DNA of 64,000 bases from Eukaryota sp. GEM-RC1. Taxonomy: Eukaryota. Positions 48,613-60,200 of this stretch are shown piece after piece. The position numbers and the translations under genes are program-made. A model generated the notes under the pieces. The model searched no databases. It was given only the letters and a program-made list of their open reading frames with translations, and was not told where the DNA came from. The stretch spans positions 2,728,001-2,792,000 of the forward strand of contig JAUFOQ010000016.1 of assembly GCA_040285855.1 (NCBI GenBank). Reading direction: 5' to 3'. Each line of letters begins with the position of its first letter. Within the stretch, counting starts at the first letter, position 1.

Positions 48613-51600
48613 CTACTTCTTCTCCTTCTTCGAACCAGTTCTTCTTCGAGTTCTCTTGGCTATGGGAGTCTTGTTAGGATTAGCTTTTGAGGATGATCTC
48701 TTTCTCTGGTCTATGCAAGGATTATTATTATTTTTCTTAAACGCCATAAATGCCTTAGTGTTTTTAATACTTGAAGTAGCAACTGCAGTGATATCTCCTC
48801 CATACCATAATACAGAACACATTGGACCTTCAGGTGAGTCGAATTGATCTAACACTTCAGTGATGACATGTTCTTCCTTATCACCAGCTGCAACTTGTTG
48901 GTGGATGCCATGATCTGATGGAAGGTCAGAATGGTAGAGTTTGCATTGATGTACACTAGCTTGGGATTCAATGCCAGATACAAGGTTCTTGATTTTCAAG
49001 GATGATGATGAAAGGAGCTCGATGACCAGGAATGGGCCAGAGTGTTTGCCATGATGCTTTGTAGCAGTCTTAGAGGATCTGAGGATCAGATCGCCAATTT
49101 CAAATGGATTTGATTTATTGGACTTAGGGGGTCTCTTTGACGATTGATTGCTACTTGCTGATTCTTGCCTTTCCCGGATTCTCTCGTTTTTCTTTGAAGG
49201 TCTTCGATAAAAGGGATACTTAAATTGGAAGCTTCTAGGGCTCTGAGTATGATACTAGGATCTGCCTTAGGCCCAAAAGAGGACCCAAACATTAGTTCAT
49301 AAGGGATGTGTTCAGTGTAACGATTCTTTGTTGCGTTTAGCTGGAGTTGTATGAAGGGAAGGTATTCGGTCCAGTTGTCGAATGTTCCAAAGTCGATTAG
49401 GAAACGTTGAAGATTTCTTAAGACATCGCGATGACGTCTCTCGACTAACCCGTTAGATTGAGAAAAGTGGGGGATGGATGTTGTGTTATCAATTGCCAGC
49501 AGTTGACAGACTGCGTTGAATGTTGCGTTAGCAAATTCAGGACCGTTGTCGCTGTGGATGGAATAGGGGATACCGAATATACCACATACGTTGAACACGA
49601 GTGCATATGCAACTTCTTTAGCGTTCAGTTCATTGATTGGGGCTAATATAGTGAATCTTGTGAAAGAATCTACAAATACTAGGATGTAACGGTTACCTTC
49701 AGCGTCAGGGGATAATGGACCAATAGTGTCTACATTAACTTTGGCGAATGGTTTATCGGCCCAAAGTGATCCTGAGTGAGGGATTTGATCCCTTTTGACA
49801 GGGGATGTCTTTTGGCATGAGGGACAGCTCTTGATATGATTGACTAGATCGTCTTTCATGTTAGGCCACCAGTAGTCGCTGTCGTTAAGGTTTTTAACTG
49901 ATGTTGCTATACTGGGATGACCAGATTGTACTAATCCATGGATGTTGAGCAAGGCGGATTTCCTGAGGGACAAGGGGATCAGGATTTTTTTGTCGTTGGT
50001 TAGATATAACTGTACTCTATCGTTGAATGTTGTGTTGTTGAAGAGGGGTTCGTTTGACTCAATCGCTTTGAATTGTTCGGAACGGATTCTGCTCAACCAA
50101 TTGCTGAAAATTGGGAGATCTTTTCGTGCAACTTCACGGAGACTGTTAATTGAGGGGAGATCGGTGTGATCAATTCTTGTAACGGCTACTGGATCATCAG
50201 TAGGTTGTGCAGCGGATTGCTGGATGGGAGATTGGTGAGGACATAACCGTGAGAGCATGTCTGCCCAGTGGTTGTCAACTCCAGATGTGTGTACGATGTC
50301 GAATTGGTATTCTGAAAGTACGAAGAGCCATCTTTTAATCATTCTGTTCTTATCGGGACACGAAATGAGGTATGCTAGGTTCTTGTGATCTGTGAAGATT
50401 GTAAGGTGCCTAGTCTTGAGGAAGTTAGCCAAGCTCGACTCAGTCAAGATGATGAGGATGGCGTAAAGCTCTTTCTGGATGGTCGCCCATTGAGCTGAGA
50501 ATCGGACAGTATACGGCTGAAGAAACTAATAGGTTGAACCTTTCGTTTTATCAATGGTGTACCTGGTGGACTTGGAGAGATTTCGTTCCAGATGACACCT
50601 CCAACAGCAAGGTCAGAAGCGTCTGCGCTAATGAGGATGTTACTATTGGGGCCAGGAAGGTCGAGTGGTATTTGATGGACTATCAAATTTTTGATTGAAT
50701 CAAAAGCTCGTTGGTGTTTGTGTTCCCATTTTACGCCTTTAGGTTTTCCTTTGGTCAGGGCGATAATTGGGGCTAACAATTGGGAGATTCCTGGTAACCA
50801 GTCTCTGATGTAGTTGATTGTACATACGAGGCTTCTTACATCTTTTACTGTCTTGGGGTTTGGAATTTCAAGGACAGCTTTGATTCTGACATCATCGATT
50901 AATCTGGTTTTGTTGTGGAAGATACTGCCTAATATCTTGATTGGGTGTTTGTGGGTTACAAACTTGCACTTGTGGATGCCGAGGGTTACTCTAGCGGATT
51001 GTGCTTTATTGAAAACTGCTCGAAGTCTAGTTATAAATTCATCGAACACTGAAGCTATAACTATGATATCATCTAGATAGATGAAGACTCCATCCATTGC
51101 GAAGATCTCTGTCATCAGGTTTTGGAAAATTGCTGGTACATTTTTCAGGCCGAATGGAGCTCTGGTGAACTTAATTGTTCTGCCAGGGATTGTTAAAGCA
51201 GTTTTGTCCATATCTTTTGGAGCAACTTTGAGTTGCCAAAAGGCCTTGGGGAGATCGAGAGTTGCAATGAAGTTTGCTGCTGGTAAGAATGTGATCACGT
51301 CAGCGATGTTGGGCAGGTCGGATGCTATCGGGACTGTTGAATCGTTAACACCTCCTGTTCCGCTGTAATCTCCAGTCAGACGTGGTTTCCTATGATCAGG
51401 GTACGTGACGAGTACTACAGGGCTTGAGAACTTAGATTGTGGGGATGACACGGCGAAACCTTGTTCGATAAGTTCGTCAAAGATGCCATTGGCGATCTTT
51501 AGCTTCTCAGGATTGAAGTAGCGTGGTTTCCTTTTGACGACAGTTGACTCGTCGTGGAAGGGTATTTCCATTGGGGGACAATCTATTCCATCGGGATGAG

Positions 51601-54581
51601 GAGTCGACTGGAATATGATCCTGAATTCTTCTAAGAGGGATGTGAGCTCTTCCTCTAGAAGTTGATTGTCTAATTCGATTGTGCAACCGGATTCAACTGG
51701 GTTGAATGATGTGGAATGATCGGTGTGTCTGGACCTCACTGGTGAGTGTGTGCTCATTAGGTGATCGAATTCCGATTCATCTTTCAAGATGGTGTTATGT
51801 TCTTTTCTAGTCTAATGACTAGGCTGTCCTCTGTCAACAGCCCTAATTTGTTTAATAATTCGATTCCGATGAGCATTGTTTTATTACCGGTAACAATAGG
51901 GAAGGAGTGATCTATATAAACTAGGTTAGCTGCGCTATTGAGCTGGAACGCAAGAACACCTTTGGCTGTGCCTAAGGACGATGTACGGGTGCCATTTGCA
52001 GTGATGTAGGGGATTGTTTCCTGTGAGGTGTTCATCTTGCAGAGATCGACTAAGTCTTGAGTGATGACGGAGACTTGTGCGCCTGAATCTATGGTTCCGG
52101 ATATTGAAACATCGTTAACAGACATGTTCAGGGCAATGAATTTGTCTTGGTTGTTGCGAGTTATACTCATAATCCTGGGTGTATCGTTGACGATTTCGCT
52201 GATAGGATTGTTGAGTGTGTGTGGAGTGTAAGAGCTTGGTGTCGAGGTTGTCGACAAAAATTCAAATAATTATCATTTTTATTACGCTTTAAATCTACAT
52301 TACCACTACCGGATCTGCGTTTTCTTTCTTCAAACTTACCAGCGTTTAAAGAGGATACTCTGCAGTTGGGATCGGGGCACATTTCGACTGTATGGCCAGG
52401 CTCTTTGCAGTACTTACATACTGATTCAGATCCTGTGTCTCTGTGCTTGGGCTTTTGGCGATTCTTACCGGGACCTCTGGGACCTTTGAATTGTCCACGT
52501 TTATGAGATTTTTTTCGGGGTTCCTATTTCTAACGTCTGAGTCACTGTCAGAGTCGAAGGAGGGACGGAAGTTCTTCAACTTGTTGTATCGAGGGACACT
52601 CGAGTTATGGAGATAGGGGGCACATGACTCAGTGATTGGGGGAGTGGATGGACGAATAGTGTCCAGGAATCTAGCATCTGAGATATATTGGGGTCTGACA
52701 TTCTGACGCTGGATGTTCTGGCTGCACCAGTTCAAGTACCGGTCTTTCAGGTCCTTGAACACCTCGACTGTGCTGAGTTGAGCAAAGGAGGCTTTATCTT
52801 TGAAGAAGATCTTCGTGTCCGATCGGATGATTGGAATACCGATGTTGTGGGCAAAGTATTTTAGAATGTCCCGGGCTTCGAAACAGTACAACTGAGTGGT
52901 GTTCAGTTCAATCATGGTGGACCTGTTTGCCACGATTGTGAAGCGGCGAAGGAAGTCATCCCAACGCTCTTTGTTGGAGCTCCATGACTTGTCCCAGTCC
53001 ATGCGGCATTCGGCAAGGGCGTTGTCTGCAATCTGGGGGGATTCAAATTGGGAGCTGAGGATTATTCGTTCCCAGATTGCCCAGTTGCATAAGAAGTTGG
53101 CGATGGTGCCATCAGATTTCCACGAGCTCAGGATGTGAGGGTCGACATGGAGTTGAATTCCTCTAATGTCGACGTTTAGCAGAAGGTCTCTGGCTAAATC
53201 GAGGCCATGACGGGGTTCGCCATAAGTGGTCTTGTTGATGGATAGTACATCCTCGAAAGGAGTGAACAGTTCATCTGCTGTGGTGGGTTCGGCAAGTTGT
53301 CTCCAGGCCAGTACTTGGTTTTCGAGTTCGAGCAGATGTTGGGATATATCAATGCTCTTACCTCGGGCTCTGGAATACCGGCGCCACTCTAGAGCGAAAT
53401 TCAGGCAAGAAAACTGGTCGGTTTTCTGCAAGTAAGGCGGTTTGAGCTTGGATTCTCGGCGGGTTTCGTTTTCGAGTTCAGCGAACTTTGCGTTTTCAGG
53501 GGTAGCTACGCCAGTGGCTGCATCCATGAAGGAACTGGGGGAATCAGCTCCGAACTCAAACTTGGTATTGGTAAAAGCAGTAGGTACTGTTATACCAGGG
53601 AGTTTGCTCGTATCACTGGGCAAAGTGAAGATTGAGCCACCTTTGGGTTTGGTGGAGTTGGATATTACCTTAGGGGTCGCCATAGGTGAATCTAAAGCCT
53701 TAGGTTGAGGGGTACTCAACTGCTTCATGACCGTTAACATCTCCATTCTGAGATCATTGTTCTCTTTCAGGAGTTGTTCCACGAGGGGATTGGAATTCCC
53801 TGTGTCTTGAATTGGGATAGGAAGGGAATCGCTGCTGGGTGAAATGTCGTCTTTTGGGGGGGGGTCTTGTCTGGAGATGAAACATGGAGGGACTGAGAGA
53901 CAAGTCATCCTCTGAAGCTGACTTATTCTGTTCAGCCTGTTCTTTCCCAAGACGGATGAGTTCGGCGTTGATGTCACCATATCTTTCAATCAACAGCTTC
54001 GTGTGGAGTTCACGATTTTCATAGAGTTCTTTAGGGTTTAAAGCTATCCCTGTTCGATTGAAGTTCTTGTCGTTTACATAACTCTTCTTGTTGGGATCAG
54101 GGGTTCTGGTATCATCTGGGTCAGATGTTTTTATCCCATTTGGAAGATACGTTACTTTGAGCTTGCTCTTCTTAGAAGAAGTCTTCTTCGAAGGGACACT
54201 CTTAGTTTTACGAACAGGAGGGACACTCTTGGGTTTACGAACAGGAGGGACACTCTTGTCGTTGAGTTTGGGAGATTTACGAACAGGAGGGACACTCTTG
54301 TCGTTGAGTCTCGAAGATTTACGAGCAAGAGGGACGCTCTTGTCGTCAGGACTGAGAAGGACATTCTCATCCTGTTTATCCTCGGAGAGAGGAAGGGTTG
54401 ATGGTTTACTTTCTTTTTCAGAAGGGGGTACCTCCTTCCCAAGAGAAGTCTTCAGCATATTGATGCTGGGATGGGATCCTGGATCTGAGGTGAGTTCCAC
54501 GTCGGCGTTTTCAGCCAATACGTATTGATGCTGTATGGAGTTAGTGGACATACAATGAATGAAATTAAGTTGGTTTATAAT
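48525..54581 (-). mobile_element. Family A full-length copy A6; its 5' LTR (54523-57308) is split by a hAT insertion
   Basis: Colinear with A1; LTR halves at 54523-54581 and 57272-57308. Confidence 0.94.
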
Positions 54582-54589
54582 CATAGTTG

Positions 54590-54690
54590 TAAATCACAAA
54601 AATATTACTTTGTGATTCCCTCACATCACATCACATCCATCACATCACACGTGATTTGTGTGATTTATGTGATAGATTTCATCACAAGTT
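54590..54690. repeat. hAT subterminal ATCAC/GTGAT motif cluster (left end)
   Basis: Many ATCAC and GTGAT copies in both orientations just inside the TIR. Confidence 0.85.
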
Positions 54691-54731
54691 TACATAAAAG
54701 TACCAAATACAAGTCTTTATAAATATACATA

Positions 54732-57070
54732 TTACAAAAAACCCCTATTTTGTTTGGGAAGCGGTAGTACACCATCTTCTTTCTCAACTAAAACAGCAGA
54801 ACTTCTAACTTGTCCCCCCTGACATTCGTTAGGCTCTACGAAATCTACATCAATAACTTCCTCTATACATTCCTCATTCATACTGAGATCTAAATCAACT
54901 TCGTCAATTGTAGTGATATCAGTATCGGAGACGGGAACAATCAATGATTCGTTCAGCATCACTTGATCTGGTGCTGCAGTTAAAGCTAAAATCATTCTGT
55001 TCATCGTCATAATAGCAGGCTTCCTTTGGAGTAGTGGATAGTTGAATGCAATGGTCACAGAGTCATTCAGTAAGTCGGTACCCAGACGGCTTCTACGTTT
55101 TGGTAACTGGTGGTCAAACGTAGACCAATTCCTTCTGTAGAAGAAGCACTGTCAGCATTTTGAGTTATTCTGGCCGCAATTTTTGAGAGTAAAGGAAAAG
55201 AAGATTGTCCGGTAGCAATCCACCATGTATGAGAAGCAATGTCATCAAGATCGGTAAACGAGTAACCGGACTCTATGTACTCATTCAACTCTACTTTAAG
55301 CTGTTGTGCATGGTCAGCAAAATTGAGATCAAAGTACTGCTGGAGAATAAGCATCCGTTCTTGATCAGCAAACAGATGGACGTTTGCCGCGTGTAATGAG
55401 GGATTTAGGATTCGGGAGAAAAGCAGTCCAGGAGAAGAAATATAGTCCAATCGAAACTTAGCAATATCGTCTAAGACTTTGATGCGTTCGGCAATTTCGT
55501 GTTCGGTAAAAATTTCTTGGCCATACTCATCGTTAATGGATCTTGATGTGGAAAAAATACACTGTTCCATTTTGGATCGAGTCACTCCATATGCCCACAA
55601 AAGAATGAAGAAAATCCAGATGCTGATTCATCGGACATTCGCAGTAAGCTCAACCATGGGGTTACTGCGGCAACAATTAGTTTCAAATGGGGCCAGAACA
55701 ATTCATATTCTACTTCTCCTCGAATAATTCGAGATACTTGGGATAGAAGTGCTTTAATTTTAGAAGATTTGTTTCTGCTTATTCTTGAATTGAATTTCTG
55801 TGAGTCAACAACAGTCAGAAGTTCTTTTCTATTGTCAAGAAGGTCTTGTAACATAAGCACCACATAAGCAAAACGTGTAATTGCGTATGAACGAAGTGGT
55901 AACAAAAGGTTTGCTGCTCTTCGAAGGTCGAAGGTTCGAGTCCGGGTGAGGTCGAACAGTAATAGTATGTCCTAAAACATGGACCACACAGAGGTGTGCT
56001 ATTTCCTGGAGGTACTGCTAAGCTGGTAGCGTAAGAAAGACCCGACGAAGGGCACCAGCAAACCTTTTGTTACCACTAAGCTAATAGCGCTATTAGCTTA
56101 GTGGTAACAATGTCACATCAATTAGTTTTGTTGGATTCGTCAAATCACATTTTTCTGGTATTACGACAACACTTTGAGAGTTAAGTATCTGTGAAACCAA
56201 TTCCAATCCTTTGGTGATTAAGGACAAAATGTAAACAGCGTCGGCTGATCCGTCCTCAAGTGGGATAGCGTCTAAAAAGAAACAATGCCCATTGCATAAC
56301 AAAATAATATTGTGTTGTGGCTCAGTTTTGGTACTGTAGCCATCAATGGACAGTTCAAAGCCATATCTCTTAATTGAAGGCAAAATCTTCTTCTGGACTT
56401 CCTCTTGAACTCTTTGAGCCACTTCTGGTATAAACTTATCAGATACTTCATATCGGGAGGGGCCATTGTAATCCAGTGGAAGTTGCCCACAAACAGCATA
56501 CATGATGATGGATGCAATCATGTCCTTAAATATGGTCTTGTCAACCGAATGAAGAGCTGTAGCTGTGGATGTCAAATAGAGGGAGATTTTTTTTCCTACG
56601 GCATCGGTAACCGATTCTAACGAGATACTGTCTTTCAAAGTAGGTTGACGGTGGTGCGGAGGCGACTTGACAGAAGAAGCTTTTGGAGGACTTTTGACAA
56701 TCGTGTCAATAAGCTTGACTTCTCTTTGGAAGGCTTCAGACTTGCAGCGTTCGACTTCTTTCTTCTTTGCATCATAATCTAAAAGAGCAGAAAGTTCAAC
56801 GGTGTTTCTTAGTTTAATACAAGACAGAACATGGTCTGCCTTCCATCTTGTACAGTAAGTGGATTTTCTAATGGTTCCGCATGCCATGCAGCCAAAGTCG
56901 CCTTTCTGTCTTTCGAAATTGCGGACTTTCGTGAACAACCATATAGGATTGTCTGAAGTAGTTGTTCGTAAGTGAAAACTGTCAGGTAGGACAGCGTCAA
57001 GACACGCTGAAGTTCTAAAACAAAGAATCCACTTACTGCTACCTGAATATGTATTAATATTATTATTCAT
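54732..57070 (-). pseudogene. hAT transposase: BED-like finger, catalytic core, C-terminal dimerisation domain; disrupted by a 205-bp insertion and two frameshifts
   Basis: IW..CMAC...HVLSC, SIDGY, TRF, FW..P..LLR..D, LNP, WW..FPLLSKIA; correcting one base gives SASSTERNWSTF. The second catalytic Asp and CxxH motif are not recognisable, so an internal deletion is possible. Confidence 0.88.
55895..56110. other. Structured 205-bp insertion with 11-bp direct repeat, internal inverted copy of the target and 44-bp perfect palindrome
   Basis: AGTGGTAACAA at 55895-55905 and 56100-56110; its reverse complement at 56067-56077; removal restores the frame DVT-LLPL-RSYAITRF. Confidence 0.9.
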
Positions 57071-57114
57071 TTTGCAATATCTGTTGTTACTAGTAACTGT
57101 ACAGGACTACAGTT

Positions 57115-57262
57115 TGTCATCACAACACAAAATACACGTGATGCAATCACATCACACAAATCACATCACAAATCACAAAATCTCATCACAAACACTGTAT
57201 TTGTGATTCACTCACATCACACCAATCACATCACAAAATCACATCACAAAAATTTGTGATTT
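57115..57262. repeat. hAT subterminal ATCAC/GTGAT motif cluster (right end)
   Basis: More than ten ATCAC(A) or GTGAT copies just inside the TIR. Confidence 0.85.
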
Positions 57263-57271
57263 GCAACTATG

Positions 57272-60200
57272 TTTATAATCTATGATTCTCATACTATGAT
57301 AATCTACACTACTTCTTCTCCTTCTTCGAACCAGTTCTTCTTCGAGTTCTCTTGGCTATGGGAGTCTTGTTAGGATTAGCTTTTGAGGATGATCTCTTTC
57401 TCTGGTCTATGTAAGGATTATTATTATTTTTCTTAAACGCCATAAATGCCTTAGTGTTTTTAATACTTGAAGTAGCAACTGCAGTGATATCTCCTCCATA
57501 CCATAATACAGAACACATTGGACCTTCAGGTGAGTCGAATTGATCTAACACTTCAGTGATGACATGTTCTTCCTTATCACCAGCTGCAACTTGTTGGTGG
57601 ATGCCATGATCTGATGGAAGGTCAGAATGGTAGAGTTTGCATTGATGTACACTAGCTTGGGATTCAATGCCAGATACAAGGTTCTTGATTTTCAAGGATG
57701 ATGATGAAAGGAGCTCGATGACCAGGAATGGGCCAGAGTGTTTGCCATGATGCTTTGTAGCAGTCTTAGAGGATCTGAGGATCAGATCGCCAATTTCAAA
57801 TGGATTTGATTTATTGGACTTAGGGGGTCTCTTTGACGATTGATTGCTACTTGCTGATTCTTGCCTTTCCCGGATTCTCTCGTTTTTTCTTTGAAGGTCT
57901 TCGATAAAAGGGATACTTAAATTGGAAGCTTCTAGGGCTCTGAGTATGATACTAGGATCTGCCTTAGGCCCAAAAGAGGACCCAAACATTAGTTCATAAG
58001 GGATGTGTTCAGTGTAACGATTCTTTGTTGCGTTTAGCTGGAGTTGTATGAAGGGAAGGTATTCGGTCCGGTTGTCGAATGTTCCAAAGTCGATTAGGAA
58101 ACGTTGAAGATTTCTTAAGACATCGCGATGACGTCTCTCGACTAACCCGTTAGATTGAGAAAAGTGGGGGATGGATGTTGTGTTATCAATTGCCAGCAGT
58201 TGACAGACTGCGTTGAATGTTGCGTTAGCAAATTCAGGACCGTTGTCGCTGTGGATGGAATAGGGGATACCGAATATACCACATACGTTGAACACGAGTG
58301 CATATGCAACTTCTTTAGCGTTCAGTTCATTGATTGGGGCTAATATAGTGAATCTTGTGAAAGAATCTACAAATACTAGGATGTAACGGTTACCTTCAGC
58401 GTCAGGGGATAATGGACCAATAGTGTCTACATTAACTTTGGCGAATGGTTTATCGGCCCAAAGTGATCCTGAGTGAGGGATTTGATCCCTTTTGACAGGG
58501 GATGTCTTTTGGCATGAGGGACAGCTCTTGATATGATTGACTAGATCGTCTTTCATGTTAGGCCACCAGTAGTCGCTGTCGTTAAGGTTTTTAACTGATG
58601 TTGCTATACTGGGATGACCAGATTGTACTAATCCATGGATGTTGAGCAAGGCGGATTTCCTGAGGGACAAGGGGATCAGGATTTTTTTGTCGTTGGTTAG
58701 ATATAACTGTACTCTATCGTTGAATGTTGTGTTGTTGAAGAGGGGTTCGTTTGACTCAATCGCTTTGAATTGTTCGGAACGGATTCTGCTCAACCAATTG
58801 CTGAAGATTGGGAGATCTTTTCGTGCAACTTCACGGAGACTGTTAATTGAGGGGAGATCGGTGTGATCAATTCTTGTAACGGCTACTGGATCATCAGTAG
58901 GTTGTGCAGCGGATTGCTGGATGGGAGATTGGTGAGGACATAACCGTGAGAGCATGTCTGCCCAGTGGTTGTCAACTCCAGATGTGTGTACGATGTCGAA
59001 TTGGTATTCTGAAAGTACGAAGAGCCATCTTTTAATCATTCTGTTCTTATCGGGACACGAAATGAGGTATGCTAGGTTCTTGTGATCTGTGAAGATTGTA
59101 AGGTGCCTAGTCTTGAGGAAGTTAGCCAAGCTCGACTCAGTCAAGATGATGAGGATGGCGTAAAGCTCTTTCTGGATGGTCGCCCATTGAGCTGAGAATC
59201 GGACAGTATACGGCTGAAGAAACTAATAGGTTGAACCTTTCGTTTTATCAATGGTGTACCTGGTGGACTTGGAGAGATTTCGTTCCAGATGACACCTCCA
59301 ACAGCAAGGTCAGAAGCGTCTGCGCTAATGAGGATGTTACTATTGGGGCCAGGAAGGTCGAGTGGTATTTGATGGACTATCAAATTTTTGATTGAATCAA
59401 AAGCTCGTTGGTGTTTGTGTTCCCATTTTACGCCTTTAGGTTTTCCTTTGGTCAGGGCGATAATTGGGGCTAACAATTGGGAGATTCCTGGTAACCAGTC
59501 TCTGATGTAGTTGATTGTACATACGAGGCTTCTTACATCTTTTACTGTCTTGGGGTTTGGAATTTCAAGGACAGCTTTGATTCTGACATCATCGATTAAT
59601 CTGGTTTTGTTGTGGAAGATACTGCCTAATATCTTGATTGGGTGTTTGTGGGTTACAAACTTGCACTTGTGGATGCCGAGGGTTACTCTAGCGGATTGTG
59701 CTTTATTGAAAACTGCTCGAAGTCTAGTTATAAATTCATCGAACACTAAAGCTATAACTATGATATCATCTAGATAGATGAAGACTCCATCCATTGCGAA
59801 GATCTCTGTCATCAGGTTTTGGAAAATTGCTGGTACATTTTTCAGGCCGAATGGAGCTCTGGTGAACTTAATTGTTCTGCCAGGGATTGTTAAAGCAGTT
59901 TTGTCCATATCTTTTGGAGCAACTTTGAGTTGCCAAAAGGCCTTGGGGAGATCGAGAGTTGCAATGAAGTTTGCTGCTGGTAAGAATGTGATCACGTCAG
60001 CGATGTTGGGCAGGTCGGATGCTATCGGGACTGTTGAATCGTTAACATCTCCTGTTCCGCTGTAATCTCCAGTCAGACGTGGTTTCCTATGATCAGGGTA
60101 CGTGACGAGTACTACAGGGCTTGAGAACTTAGATTGTGGGGATGACACGGCGAAACCTTGTTCGATAAGTTCGTCAAAGATGCCATTGGCGATCTTTAGC

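Larger units (their letters stand above)
54582..57271 (-). mobile_element. hAT-superfamily DNA transposon, 2690 bp, both ends intact
   Basis: TIRs CATAGTTG(T/C)AAATCACAAA (19 bp, 1 mismatch); 8-bp TSD TTTATAAT at 54574-54581 and 57272-57279; the empty site is seen in the other LTR copies. Confidence 0.95.

Noticed and set aside
53754..54722. N-terminally extended gag (MIINQLNFIHC..) and a 65-aa plus-strand ORF at the hAT left end
   Set aside because: Chance products of the TIR's terminal CAT/ATG and the AT-rich subterminal repeats; no evidence of function.
55920..55990. tRNA gene suggested by GGTTCGAGTCC
   Set aside because: No T-stem, acceptor stem or D-arm can be formed; kept only as a B-box-like motif.
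55906..56110. Spliceosomal intron or hammerhead ribozyme explanation for the cassette
   Set aside because: Exact removal does not give GT-AG ends; only a weak GC-AG or poorly supported GT-AG option keeps the frame; no CUGANGA...GAAA core on either strand.
57115..57262. Telomere-like or satellite repeat
   Set aside because: Irregular ATCAC motifs confined to both hAT ends, typical of subterminal transposase-binding sites.
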